Sequence record: SRR22947727_2379
Length of the DNA: 32,138 bases
Reading direction: 5' to 3' (one strand)
This document shows positions 18,301 to 26,634 of this stretch, one piece after another (within the stretch, counting starts at the first letter, position 1; every line of letters starts with the position of its first letter). Below the pieces are notes generated by a model, which was not told where the DNA came from, searched no databases, and was given only the letters and a program-made list of their open reading frames with translations. The position numbers and the translations under genes were made by a program.

Positions 18301-19716
18301 GTTTCAGCAAATGCGTTGATCGGTCGAGTCTTGCCTGTAGACGACTCTGAAACGATCGAGGACGGCTTGATTGGAGTTCTTAACCTCACCGGTGCCGACA
18401 CGATCCAAGGGTCTTACATCGACGAACAGACCCTGCCTGAGCGTGAAGCTATCCTGTCAGACAGAGCGCGCATTCTTGGAAACGGCTCACTCGCGGCCAC
18501 CGATAGCGCTTACGAGGAAGTCGTGGAAAAGCTGCAGGTTGGCGAGCGCTTGTATTTGCGATTTTCCGATGCAGATAAAGACATCACCGACGAACGCGAT
18601 AAAATTGATGTCGCGGTCGAATCCGCCAATGGAGAAAAAGAAACGGTGCCACTTGAGGAAACGCTCAATCACAGCGGCATTTTTACCGGGTCTTTCAAAC
18701 TAAAGGCCGTGCCGCAGCCCATCCCGGGGAATTTTGACCCCACCTCGCCAGAGCTGGAGGCCTTCTTCGGCCAGGCAATGATCGCAAAATACACCGACGA
18801 TCGTCCGGCAACCCCGGACGAGGCCGCGGTTCCCCACGTTACCGAAATTCCCGTGTCAGATGGAACCGACGGCGATCTCGCTGCATTCACCAAAATATTT
18901 GGCGATGAAGATTTAGCAATTCAGACCCAATTTCATATCGCAGAGAGCTTCTTTGAACTCTTCAAGAGCCACTTGGAATTGGATCGAAAAGAAGAAGCCG
19001 ACACGGATTTGGAAAACGGACGACGGGTTCTGAAAGAGCTTCAAGAAGACTATCCCGATCCAAAATATGCGGCCCGCGTTGCCTATCTCCTTGGGCAATT
19101 TGCTCAGGAATTAAAAAACTGGGACGAGGCAATCGAGGCTTACGAAACCATCGTGAAACAGTATCCTGATCACACCCTCGCCGCAGACGCACAATACAAA
19201 CTGGGACAATGCTACGAGGAGGCGAAGCGACTTGATGAAGCTCTTGAGGCCTATGTGACTCTGGCCGCGACGTACCCGGAAAATCCGCTCATTTCAAATG
19301 TGATGATTCGGATCAACGAGCATTTCTACGTGCTTGAAGAATTTGAAGTCGCCGCGCAGGTCGGAGCGAAGTTTCTTGAGCGATTTGAGAACCATGAATG
19401 GGCTCCCCGAATGGCTTTCCGGGTCGGGCAGTGTTTTTACAAAGACGAGAAATATAAAGAAGCGGGCCTCGCCTTTGATGATTTTGTGAAACGATTTCCC
19501 GAAGACGACCTTGCCGGCCAATCGCTGTTTTGGGCGGGGGAAAGCTATCGCCAGGGCAATAACGTTCCCTTCGCCTTCCGGCGCTACAATCGTTGTCGCT
19601 GGGATTTCCCCGAATCCGATGCCGCAAAATACTCCCGGGGCCGATTAGCGCTGCCCGAAATGCTCGCTCAATTCGAGCGCGAAGCGCAAAATGTTGATAT
19701 GGAGGAGAATCAATAA
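12346..19716 (+). CDS. Giant (2456 aa) exported TPR protein with about five beta-rich repeats and discoidin/PA14-like inserts
   Basis: Signal peptide MKLISKITLALFVCVAATGLS/QD. Helical and TPR region to aa ~1115, and C-terminal TPRs (EDYPDP, KQYPDH, ATYPEN, KRFPED, WDFPES). Repeats of the form G-x-x-[IL]-x-[LI]-x-[VF]-x-D-x-D-x-D...ET-x-x-x-SGIF. Confidence 0.88.
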   Translation: MKLISKITLALFVCVAATGLSQDEPSAAEKKAADLEAKLRQTLESSEEGARVLLELVDLYYVEGQVFGLVRSGKTFVTVQVGHPRHEEIMGKLIDGLAIASRNSDLKANILQFVDRYPNSKRAAEFHRMLAQVLEREGQRRDAADHYRTSWEKRGVATGAGDAEKAFKLYADLRSEVTAKIMGEMALKLLDQLPANVSAGQFGMAAVYQTRTYGGQYALSNQVGAKIITKKLPLVDRQAWEVHSWMGDNFRTEKQYANAIQSYRQAIAKGTDYHETHRNLIRSLYDSQAAQGDLDKAVNDYLRAFPEETVARKAEMSVLMALSKQRAGDVNGALAILNQVLREHASTSAYLFSWTEEEPLWKRAEQIYQDAAKQNPEDVHRLHYSAAFSLYRDRLKNDGAAKNLLRGHILYKSPLPNAGNEFRVALDWILDTAANDGEFQNEIRKHFDHAKKNGQNQNYSKAVEQWLAEAKRSKEDVIKNRYRWAQAEYAKFRKDPTLRLWESALQNRMKGHGAREQLLKTNLMVEQRKQLLALHAYDIRTYGDSRKRNESIPFYEQLAKLDAKDYVSGKAWVEVASGYGDVAQCKAALEHLLNLDQTTQDAVGWYHASNAARKSEDPTLQKRVLDWIRKNQQRVGASNAYAGTIIGNLRAMELEADAVAYMNEAAKRDLNYSDTQTAVRGLFELQEEGPARINFLKPYLAQSSDNHGHYASWTADEYLKLGDFANFEKVCREARKTQNGRRLRPWSFYGNAWVSHALANEEWTAEQKEQVYRVVRDMNYGRDSALGEMALLEVEGFNMKPVERLLAYRTATIEVQKDQTSYNYLFPWAQKAMGRDEFAEAAALATGLLANIDNIGVDTKGKTRSLIREAYGKMGALGMEVNADSPMAPLLEIGLHLRLGDRERALEAYTENLKRFDEFVLELPSELVAFAADSHTTAGGEQNYDRAESILRKWMVAHSESEKFSDSEKAKMQLLLARNYDRAKRFEVARSEYTTVVNRYPETEEAVEARFGIGETQMAQKIFDQAEETFLDLSNNPISKVRIRGMFLLGVLESRKGNTEDARKIFKDVLSSMPDVSLANETLFNLAEVYGGEQRYLDQLNLLRTVGRLGQESKRWHEPGRALSIVVQDSDLGISRGHTKIPVQVTTVPGGDREMAHLSSGGAGKGLFIGEIETSLGLAQAENGVLEVSGNDLIKVDYPEDFKNEFQFNPLATGDIGIAIDAEFTMASSQIVDEEVETEAERIAREEAEEGDLRQSIQRPQNEIKPGNPIYLRVTDLDRDISGEADEVMVKVTASSGDEAQVILRETGSHSGIFEGSVDSSDLPAGALATDTAIEHNPLMAIDKDPASAWVSQPDGLTPKWLSVDLKELRTVSKGTFTTPNPLDQAPVRTRLQGSHDGRFWYPLAEHPQRETAEKPAGDFKRMTQRLWHSRNASAITNWQEVIKLAKSQPPHEESQPDELHYKTEIPIDAEERRKRKADPCGVIWQGAFIQPRDGAVRFAISGQTAGAMIDGLLIQPIVKVQRQVELDVYLEAGLHEVIFFASTSDSGRRPIGVLRTRENPNTSQVRLTRFVPEDFDLNQAFAADLKPAGNYPLGTMSADDEGKWEFGIEPRELRHVRMVIDEYVGQAVAINSVTVASPKDQFIPTEQDLMQLSSNNILEITPGDQLESTYIDELPTGGEPKNRALSERLNATYYNGSITPIAYDFVRNSNGTVEETEKDLLRIDPGERITLEIVDFDLDSTGQRDKVPVKVQIGDGAPVELFATETESTSGIFKTEIDTFDPNAPVAEVKPEIASEDGETEEEEDAETDPAPESDLPKLAIKSGDQIYFTYRDQENTFPGHAIDRDAVIYVREPTAGRFRILETRVTPPQTEGAQSKVTFSNSESAEGVIKGVAYDVPLTVEVIDEDAARDSRSEVTVSLTLANAPEGTEPVKVACRISAAHSDLDDSLAQVRNPALHQGRFVGQVTMRLGGSNSPTLIPRAPGVSANALIGRVLPVDDSETIEDGLIGVLNLTGADTIQGSYIDEQTLPEREAILSDRARILGNGSLAATDSAYEEVVEKLQVGERLYLRFSDADKDITDERDKIDVAVESANGEKETVPLEETLNHSGIFTGSFKLKAVPQPIPGNFDPTSPELEAFFGQAMIAKYTDDRPATPDEAAVPHVTEIPVSDGTDGDLAAFTKIFGDEDLAIQTQFHIAESFFELFKSHLELDRKEEADTDLENGRRVLKELQEDYPDPKYAARVAYLLGQFAQELKNWDEAIEAYETIVKQYPDHTLAADAQYKLGQCYEEAKRLDEALEAYVTLAATYPENPLISNVMIRINEHFYVLEEFEVAAQVGAKFLERFENHEWAPRMAFRVGQCFYKDEKYKEAGLAFDDFVKRFPEDDLAGQSLFWAGESYRQGNNVPFAFRRYNRCRWDFPESDAAKYSRGRLALPEMLAQFEREAQNVDMEENQ

Positions 19717-19770
19717 AGAAAAGCGGTTTGGTAGTTTTCAGAATCCAGTTTTTAGACAACCTTCAATAAA

Positions 19771-20460
19771 ATGATTCCATCCTCATTCCTCGATTCCGGC
19801 GCCCTCGGCCTGCTCCTTCAAGGCGGCATTTTCATGGCGCCGATCTTGATCCTCGGCATTCTCGCCGTGGCAGTCATCATCGAACGATACCGGAGCCTGA
19901 AAATTCTGGATTCACGTTCCGAACAAGTCCGCCACGCAGTCATTGATGAATTAGCCGAAGGAGATATCGAGAAGGCTATTGAAGTTTGTGAGAATTCACA
20001 GGGTCCCGTTGCTGCTGTCATGGGGAATGGGTTGCGCAAATATCTCGTCCTGGAAGAACTCGGCTACGAACCTGCACGAATCGAAGAGCAGGTTACCAAG
20101 AGCATGGAAGCTTACGGAGTTCATGTGGTGGCCGCATTGGAGCGTCACCTCCCGATTCTCGCAACGGTTTCCAGCGTTGCCCCGATGCTGGGGTTTCTCG
20201 GGACCGTTCAGGGAATGATTGTTTCTTTTGCCAATATTGTTGAAACGATGGGGCAAGTGAACATCGTTGAAGCAGCTGCGTCCGGAATTCAGACCGCTCT
20301 TTTGACGACTTGCTTTGGACTGATTGTCGGAATTCCCGCCTACATGGGGTTCAATTATTTCATGAGCGTTATCAACAATTTTGTCCTCGAAGTTGAGCAA
20401 TCCGCCGCTGAATTGATCGAAGCGGTTTCAGTTCAACTCACTCTCGCATCGAGGAAGTGA
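19771..20460 (+). CDS. exbB: MotA/TolQ/ExbB proton channel family protein
   Basis: TM1 ending VIIERY, then APMLGFLGTVQGMIVSF and GIQTALLTTCFGLIVGIPA. Family-level assignment only; ExbB cannot be distinguished from TolQ by eye. Confidence 0.92.
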   Translation: MIPSSFLDSGALGLLLQGGIFMAPILILGILAVAVIIERYRSLKILDSRSEQVRHAVIDELAEGDIEKAIEVCENSQGPVAAVMGNGLRKYLVLEELGYEPARIEEQVTKSMEAYGVHVVAALERHLPILATVSSVAPMLGFLGTVQGMIVSFANIVETMGQVNIVEAAASGIQTALLTTCFGLIVGIPAYMGFNYFMSVINNFVLEVEQSAAELIEAVSVQLTLASRK

Positions 20461-20470
20461 TTTTATTCCA

Positions 20471-20893
20471 ATGATGGTTCAACGTCGCAAACTCCTTGTT
20501 GATCCGCCGGCCACGGCAGCGCCGGATATTGCGTTTATTTTGATCATCTTTTTTCTGGTGTGCGCTTCCGTTCAGCCGGATACCGGTCGACCGCAAAACA
20601 TTCCACGCAGCGAAGAAACACCGGAAAAAACAGCTGAAACCAAAAACGTCGAAATTTCGATCACGGAAAAAACAATCCTGGTGAACGGGGAACTGCTTCC
20701 GCTGGGCAATTTGAAAACGAAAATCAGTCAGCTACTCGCGGGCAAAGAATCCGATTCTGACCGCGTGATTTTGGTCAAGACAGCTGATGATGCGACCTAT
20801 CAGCGCTGGATCGATGTCACCAGCGCGATCGAAAGCGCAGGGGGAATCATCACGATCCAAATGGAACAGGAAGAAGTCCAAATCGTGAATTAA
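20471..20893 (+). CDS. exbD: ExbD/TolR family biopolymer transport protein
   Basis: Single TM helix with conserved Asp (PDIAFILIIFFLV) and periplasmic domain ILVKTADDATYQRWIDVTSAIESAG. Directly follows the ExbB-family gene. Confidence 0.9.
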   Translation: MMVQRRKLLVDPPATAAPDIAFILIIFFLVCASVQPDTGRPQNIPRSEETPEKTAETKNVEISITEKTILVNGELLPLGNLKTKISQLLAGKESDSDRVILVKTADDATYQRWIDVTSAIESAGGIITIQMEQEEVQIVN

Positions 20894-20905
20894 CAGACCG
20901 TTTTT

Positions 20906-20948
20906 CGATCCAATAGGGTACGTCCGATGAATCAACCCTGTTGGTTCG
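20906..20948. repeat. Inverted doublet of the 20-bp REP-like repeat between convergent exbD and lpxD
   Basis: cgatccaatagggtacgtcc + gat + gaatcaaccctgttggttcg. Confidence 0.8.
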
Positions 20949-20955
20949 TGGAAAT

Positions 20956-21990
20956 TCACTCCGACTCTTTCGCTGCTTTTTCGAGCGCTTTGATTCGATC
21001 CAACATTCTTGGAAGCTGCTTGATTCGCATGCTATCTCGAAGCGTGTCTTTCATGGGTTTCGCCGGATAACCGAACCATTTTCCACCGGGTTCATCGATA
21101 CTGGAGATCACACCGCTCCGCCCTCCGCAGATTACCTTATCAGCGATTTTAAGATGACCGGCCACGCCCGTTTGAGCAGCAAGAGTAACGTAATCACCGA
21201 TGATCGCGCTCCCTGAGATGCCGACTTGAGCCACAATCAAACAGTGCTTCCCGATGACAACGTTGTGACCGATTTGGACCAGGTTATCAACCTTCGTTCC
21301 CTCACCAATCACGGTTTCACCAAATCGAGCACGGTCAATGGTTGTGTTCGCCCCTATCTCGACATCATCATCGATTCGGACGATTCCAAGTTGCTCGATC
21401 TTCTGATGCCGCCCTTCAGAAAATTCAAATCCATAGCCGTCGCCCCCAATGACAACTCCAGCGTGAATAATCACACGGTCGCCAATTTTCGTCCCCTCAC
21501 GAAGGCTGACATTCGGCCCAATCTCGCAGTCTTCACCTATTTCAACATTGTCTCCAATCACTGCTCCGGGGCCAATTTTCGTCCGATCACCAATCGATGC
21601 GCCATCCAGAATCACAGCGTTCGGCATCACAGAAACGAATTCCACATTCAACGTCGCGGTTTCAGATACAGAAGCAGAAGCGTGAATCCCAGCGCGAAAA
21701 GGTGGCTTAGGAATACAGAACCGCTGAATCACGAGATCTGAAGAAACCACCGGATTCTCAACCTGAACCAAGGCCGCTGCTTCCGGGGTAACCCACTCGC
21801 CCGGAGGAATCAAAATCACTCCGGCAGCGGATTCCTTCAAATCATCGGCGTATTTTTCATTTCCGAAGAAACTGATATCACTCGCCGAGGCATTGGCAAG
21901 TGACTGAAATCCTGTAAAACTCAAGTTTGAGTCACCACGAACCAGGGTGCCGCCAACCAATTCGACGAGTTCAGTGAGATTGATTTTCAT
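20956..21990 (-). CDS. lpxD: UDP-3-O-(3-hydroxyacyl)glucosamine N-acyltransferase
   Basis: Hexapeptide repeats and motifs [38 protein letters not shown] and GVAGHL. Canonical bamA-skp-lpxD order. Confidence 0.96.
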   Translation of the reverse strand: MKINLTELVELVGGTLVRGDSNLSFTGFQSLANASASDISFFGNEKYADDLKESAAGVILIPPGEWVTPEAAALVQVENPVVSSDLVIQRFCIPKPPFRAGIHASASVSETATLNVEFVSVMPNAVILDGASIGDRTKIGPGAVIGDNVEIGEDCEIGPNVSLREGTKIGDRVIIHAGVVIGGDGYGFEFSEGRHQKIEQLGIVRIDDDVEIGANTTIDRARFGETVIGEGTKVDNLVQIGHNVVIGKHCLIVAQVGISGSAIIGDYVTLAAQTGVAGHLKIADKVICGGRSGVISSIDEPGGKWFGYPAKPMKDTLRDSMRIKQLPRMLDRIKALEKAAKESE

Positions 21991-22084
21991 AACTTTATTC
22001 CGGGCAAGAAAAAAGGGCCAAAGCTAATCGCTCAGACCCTTTCAGTAAGTTCCACTTTCGTGAAAGGAGATCTTTTTCTAAAAA

Positions 22085-22717
22085 TCAGTTCGCTGGGCCT
22101 GTCGCAGGCGCTGCTGCTGGGGTAGGTGCCGCGCCGGCTGGTGCGTCTTTGTTGAGAGTCGCAACAAGCTCAGCAGTCAAATCAGGGACGTTTGCGGATA
22201 CAAAAACGATCGCTTTGTTTGCTTTTGGGAGGAACGACTTGTCATGAACGAGGTCGTAACCTCCAGCTGTTGCCATTCCATTGAGTACCGAGCGAATTTC
22301 TTCAACGAGCGCTACTTCCATGGCCTGACGCGCCTGAAGCACTTCACCCTGGTATTTACGCTGTGCATCTGAGATCTCTTTCGCCTTTGTTTGACGCTCC
22401 TGCCCAACGCGCTGCATTTCTGCAAGTGACTCTTGGCGAGACGCCTCCGCACGAGAAGTGTCACGGACAATCTTATCCAATTCTGCCATTTTTGAAGTCA
22501 GGGCCTGAAAATCAGCAGTGCGCTCATCGAGGTTTGCACGCTTCTCTTTGGCGAGCCCATTGATCTTCTCAACTTCGATCGCAGTCTTGTAGTAATTGTT
22601 GAGCGCCTCCTGCATGTCGACAACAGCAATCTTGTAGCCTTGCGCCGAGGAGTTTTGACTAAATCCGAAAGTCAGGGCGATTCCGGCAAGTAGAGTAAGA
22701 AATGAATGAAGCTTCAT
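22085..22717 (-). CDS. skp: OmpH/Skp periplasmic outer-membrane-protein chaperone
   Basis: Signal peptide, KIAVVDMQ start, long coiled-coil, and GYDLVHD...DLTAELVATLN end. Lies between bamA and lpxD. Confidence 0.9.
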   Translation of the reverse strand: MKLHSFLTLLAGIALTFGFSQNSSAQGYKIAVVDMQEALNNYYKTAIEVEKINGLAKEKRANLDERTADFQALTSKMAELDKIVRDTSRAEASRQESLAEMQRVGQERQTKAKEISDAQRKYQGEVLQARQAMEVALVEEIRSVLNGMATAGGYDLVHDKSFLPKANKAIVFVSANVPDLTAELVATLNKDAPAGAAPTPAAAPATGPAN

Positions 22718-22800
22718 GATGTGAATTGGTAGGTTTTGTTGAGTTTGAAAATTGTTTGTAATTGAATCGCCAGATACTCAGGCAGGAGCGAGTTGGGTAA

Positions 22801-22843
22801 ACAAAATTTCGGCGGCTTGCTGCAAGAGCAATAAACCGCCGAA
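22801..22843 (-). terminator. Possible terminator or stabilising hairpin between bamA and skp
   Basis: ttcggcgg (22808-22815) / ccgccgaa (22836-22843) with partial inner pairing, followed by attttgttt on the minus strand. Confidence 0.45.
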
Positions 22844-22898
22844 GGTCATACGATTTTCCTCAGATAGATATTAGAGAAAAATCGCGAATTTGTTCAAA

Positions 22899-25199
22899 TC
22901 AGAACTGAGCACCGATTGTAAAGTTGAAGCGTCCGCTTCCATCGTTGTAAGCATCAGACTCGAGTGGGATACCGTAGTCCAACCGGACCGGGGCTGCACC
23001 GAGAAGGAAAAGACGAAGACCAATACCGTAATCGGAATTAACTCCGCCACCAATGGTGCCGTCAGGCCCACCGGAAACTTCACCCACATCGTAGAAAACT
23101 GCACCGCGAATCTTGGTAACCAAGGGGAACGTTGCCTCCAACGTCGCATTCCATGCTTCATCACCACCAACACCTTCGAGTGAATCAGGATCTTTTGGAC
23201 CTACGTCGCGGAAATCAAAACCACGGAGATTGTTCGCACCACCTAGGAACTGACGAGTGAAAATGTTATCACCATCAGACTTCTGGTATTTCGCGCTTCC
23301 GTTCAGGATAATGTCGAATGGTAACTCAACATGCTTTGCAACCGAGAGACTGTAAGCAAGATCATCCACATCCCCACCAAGACCGGCGTAATCAACACCG
23401 AAGCTTGCACGGTGGCCCTCACGTGGCATGAAAAGGTTGTCACGAGTATCGTAGACCAAATCGACTCCAATCGTGCTTTTGAAGAAATCTCCCGCTTCGT
23501 TCTGGAAGAGTTCAGATGCACCGGGCTCAACGTCGATCTCATACATTTCAGGACGATACCCAACTACACCGTAGGTGAACTCTCCAAGTGACTTCCGAAA
23601 GTTGATGTCACCACCATATTGAGTTTGATCATACTGATCGCTCAGGAAAAGGAGGTCGCGGTAGAAAACTTCACCCGTAAGAGCGAGACGCTTGCCCATG
23701 AACCAAGGCTCAGTCAGGCTCATCTGGAAATCACGACGCTTAGTTCCCGCACGAAGGCTCATCCGGAAACGTTGTCCACCACCGGTAAGTGAAGGCCAGT
23801 TACCAATGTCGAAGTTTGTCTGAGTCACCTCAACAAATCCCACCAAATCATCAATCGAACTGAAGCCAGCACCGAAGTTAATCGTTCCAGTCGGCTTCTC
23901 CGTTACACGGATCAAAAGATCTTTCTCGTCAAGGTAGCTCGTGTCGAGTGGAATCACTTCAACATCTGAGAAGTAGTTCATATTTTGGAGACGAGCGCGA
24001 GTTGCATCAAGAGCAACGGTATCGAAGTTCTCCCCTGGAAGGAGAGCGATCTCGCGACGAATCACGATATCCTTGGTCTTGTTATTGCCTTCAATGTCAA
24101 TCTGACCAACTCGATAGGCTTTTCCTTCGAAAACCTGCAAAACAATATTTACCTGTCCAGGACCTGCGTCCTGGAACTGACGGCTAACACGTGCCTCAAC
24201 ATATCCGCGCATGCCATACTGATCTTCAATCAGCTTAACGTCAGACTCAAGGTCACTGCCGGAGAATACGTTACCAGCGGTCATCGTGAGGTATGGCTGG
24301 ATGTCAGATCCAAGGGAAAGACTATCGATTCCAAGGATCGAAACACCAGCAACGGTGTAAGCCTGACCTTCGTCGATTGTCATGATGACGTCCACACTGT
24401 CAGTATCAACCTGAACCTTGGAGACGTTCACCACTCGCGCATTGAGGTAACCCTCGTCCAGGTAGAGACGTTCGATCCGCGAAACATCACCCTGAAGCGA
24501 ATCAGCATCCGTGCGGCCCTTCTTACCGAAAGGAAGGAATCCCTTCGCTTTCTGCTCCATCGCCTTGCGGAGTTCACTGCCACTGAAGACAGTGTTTCCT
24601 ACAAACTCAACGCTCCGAAGGATACCGCGACCACCCTCGTTAATCTTAAATGTTACGATTGAGTAACCATCCGCATTTGGCGCAGAAACTTGATAGCTGA
24701 TCGTTGCTTCAGGAAAACCCTTCTTGCGATACATCTCCTGAATCGCTGTCCGACCTTCCTGAACAGTTGCCTCATCAATTGGTGAATTGACCTTCAGATC
24801 AATTTTCTTCTCGAGCTTATCATTTGAGAAGAGCGTATTCCCCTCGAAAGCTACACCGCCGTAGAGCGCACGAGTCTGAACAACAACAATCAATCCAATT
24901 CCGCCGCCCACTGGCTTCGAGAGCATCCGCACATTCTCAACCAAACCGCTGCTGTAAAGATTCTTAACGTCGTCATCAATCTTCGCTGCAGAAAGCGTGC
25001 TGCCAACCCGAGTGGACATCCTCGCTTTGATTTGATCAGCTGAGACCGCCTGTGCACCTACATATTGAACGTCGATTGACTTAACAGTTTTTCCCTCCTG
25101 AGCAGAAGTGGAAGCAGCCAGAAGCACGAGCGCCGCAATAGCCGAAGATAGTCCGCGGAAGAAGACTGTTTTTATGGAGACAGAAGAGTGGTGGTTCAT
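22899..25199 (-). CDS. bamA: Outer membrane protein assembly factor BamA
   Basis: Signal peptide, POTRA-type repeats (GNNKTKDIVIRRE), barrel start EKPTGTINFGAGFSS, LRGF loop motif and C-terminal FNFTIGAQF. Confidence 0.96.
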   Translation of the reverse strand: MNHHSSVSIKTVFFRGLSSAIAALVLLAASTSAQEGKTVKSIDVQYVGAQAVSADQIKARMSTRVGSTLSAAKIDDDVKNLYSSGLVENVRMLSKPVGGGIGLIVVVQTRALYGGVAFEGNTLFSNDKLEKKIDLKVNSPIDEATVQEGRTAIQEMYRKKGFPEATISYQVSAPNADGYSIVTFKINEGGRGILRSVEFVGNTVFSGSELRKAMEQKAKGFLPFGKKGRTDADSLQGDVSRIERLYLDEGYLNARVVNVSKVQVDTDSVDVIMTIDEGQAYTVAGVSILGIDSLSLGSDIQPYLTMTAGNVFSGSDLESDVKLIEDQYGMRGYVEARVSRQFQDAGPGQVNIVLQVFEGKAYRVGQIDIEGNNKTKDIVIRREIALLPGENFDTVALDATRARLQNMNYFSDVEVIPLDTSYLDEKDLLIRVTEKPTGTINFGAGFSSIDDLVGFVEVTQTNFDIGNWPSLTGGGQRFRMSLRAGTKRRDFQMSLTEPWFMGKRLALTGEVFYRDLLFLSDQYDQTQYGGDINFRKSLGEFTYGVVGYRPEMYEIDVEPGASELFQNEAGDFFKSTIGVDLVYDTRDNLFMPREGHRASFGVDYAGLGGDVDDLAYSLSVAKHVELPFDIILNGSAKYQKSDGDNIFTRQFLGGANNLRGFDFRDVGPKDPDSLEGVGGDEAWNATLEATFPLVTKIRGAVFYDVGEVSGGPDGTIGGGVNSDYGIGLRLFLLGAAPVRLDYGIPLESDAYNDGSGRFNFTIGAQF

Positions 25200-25572
25200 C
25201 TTGGAGAGTTGTCCTGAAAGTGTTGTGCGGTGTTTCGTTCACAAGAGATACGGAGAGATTCCGATAGTCTTAGAATAAAAGCTTCTTTTCGGGAAAAAAG
25301 GGCGTTTCGTCAAGCTGGAATTTCGAAATCCACCTATCTAAATTACCAATAAAATTATAATTTCTAGATATTTTCCGTTATTATTAACAGGAATGCAAGC
25401 TCTGTAATTTGATGAAATGCAAATCGTTCGACGCCTTTAAAATTTATGTTATCTTAGAATTCAATAAATTCAAAGCAAGAGAAGCGGCTACCACATCTAC
25501 TCGAGATACCATATTATCTCGCTTCATCAATAAAGATTAAGCTTTTTAAGGCTTCAATTTCGTCCAATCCCG
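25200..25572. promoter_or_regulatory. AT-rich divergent promoter region between bamA and ruvB
   Basis: 373-bp gap between divergent starts. Bases 25321-25380 contain only 14 G+C in 60 nt. No specific promoter box confidently identified. Confidence 0.5.
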
Positions 25573-26601
25573 ATGAACGAACCTTTTTCAAAAGAAAATT
25601 CAGAAGAGCCTGCCAGCGACTTCGATAAAGCACTTCGACCTCCTGATTTTGATGAATTTGTCGGTCAGGTGAAAGTAAAAGAGCGTTTAATGCTGATGGT
25701 CGAAGCAGCAAACCAACGGGGCGATGCTTTGGATCACGTTCTGCTAAGCGGTCCTCCGGGATTGGGAAAAACAACGCTGGCGCATATTTTAGCGAAAGCT
25801 TTTGGCAGCCAAATTCACTGTACGAGCGGCCCTCAAATTGAGAAAGCCGGCGATCTTGCAGGTATCCTCACCAATTTGAGCCACGGAGATTTTCTTTTTA
25901 TCGACGAAATCCATCGGCTTCACCCTGCCATTGAGGAATATCTGTATCCGGCGATGGAAGATTTCCAGCTCGATATCATCATCGACCAAGGGCCGAATGC
26001 TCGTTCCGTTTCCCTGTCATTGCCTCCATTCACGTTGATCGGCGCAACAACCCGCCCAGGCATGCTCACTGCTCCCCTGCGGTCACGTTTTGGCATGACC
26101 AATCGCCTCGATTACTACACGGCGGAAGATCTCGTAAAAATCATCAATCGCTCTGCCAGTTTGATTAAGATTGAAACCGATCCTGGTGGCGCCCATGAAA
26201 TTGCGTCCCGAAGTCGCGGCACCCCTCGAATCACCAACAACCTGCTGCGTTGGGTTCGTGACTACGCTCAAGTACGCGCCGACAATATCATCACTCAAAA
26301 AGTCGCCGACACCGCCCTCGGGATGCTCGATATCGACGCCGATGGACTCGACGAAATGGACAAGCGCATCCTCGAAGCCGTCATTTACAAATTCGGCGGC
26401 GGCCCCGTCGGCGTTGGTTCTCTGGCTGTTGCTGTCGGAGAAGACGCCTCCACCATCGAGGACGTTTACGAACCCTATCTTATTCTCCAAGGCTATCTCC
26501 AGCGGACACCACGCGGTCGGACAGCATCTCCTCTCGCCTATCAAAAAATCGGCCTTGAAGCACCCACCAACCAACCTCCCCAGCAGGGAGATCTCTTATA
26601 A
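25573..26601 (+). CDS. ruvB: Holliday junction branch migration DNA helicase RuvB
   Basis: LRP...FVGQ, Walker [10 protein letters not shown], Walker [38 protein letters not shown] and RTPRGR. Confidence 0.98.
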   Translation: MNEPFSKENSEEPASDFDKALRPPDFDEFVGQVKVKERLMLMVEAANQRGDALDHVLLSGPPGLGKTTLAHILAKAFGSQIHCTSGPQIEKAGDLAGILTNLSHGDFLFIDEIHRLHPAIEEYLYPAMEDFQLDIIIDQGPNARSVSLSLPPFTLIGATTRPGMLTAPLRSRFGMTNRLDYYTAEDLVKIINRSASLIKIETDPGGAHEIASRSRGTPRITNNLLRWVRDYAQVRADNIITQKVADTALGMLDIDADGLDEMDKRILEAVIYKFGGGPVGVGSLAVAVGEDASTIEDVYEPYLILQGYLQRTPRGRTASPLAYQKIGLEAPTNQPPQQGDLL

Positions 26602-26634
26602 AAACCTCCTCTCGAACGCCCCAGCACACTTCCC

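Noticed and set aside
19771-20893. Calling the motor pair a canonical Tol-Pal, TonB or flagellar MotAB system
   Set aside because: No tolA, tolB, pal, tonB, receptor or flagellar genes are present, and the ExbD-like protein lacks an OmpA-like peptidoglycan-binding domain.
25200-25572. Replication origin at the AT-rich spacer
   Set aside because: No DnaA-box cluster seen, and no dnaA, dnaN, gidA or parAB context.
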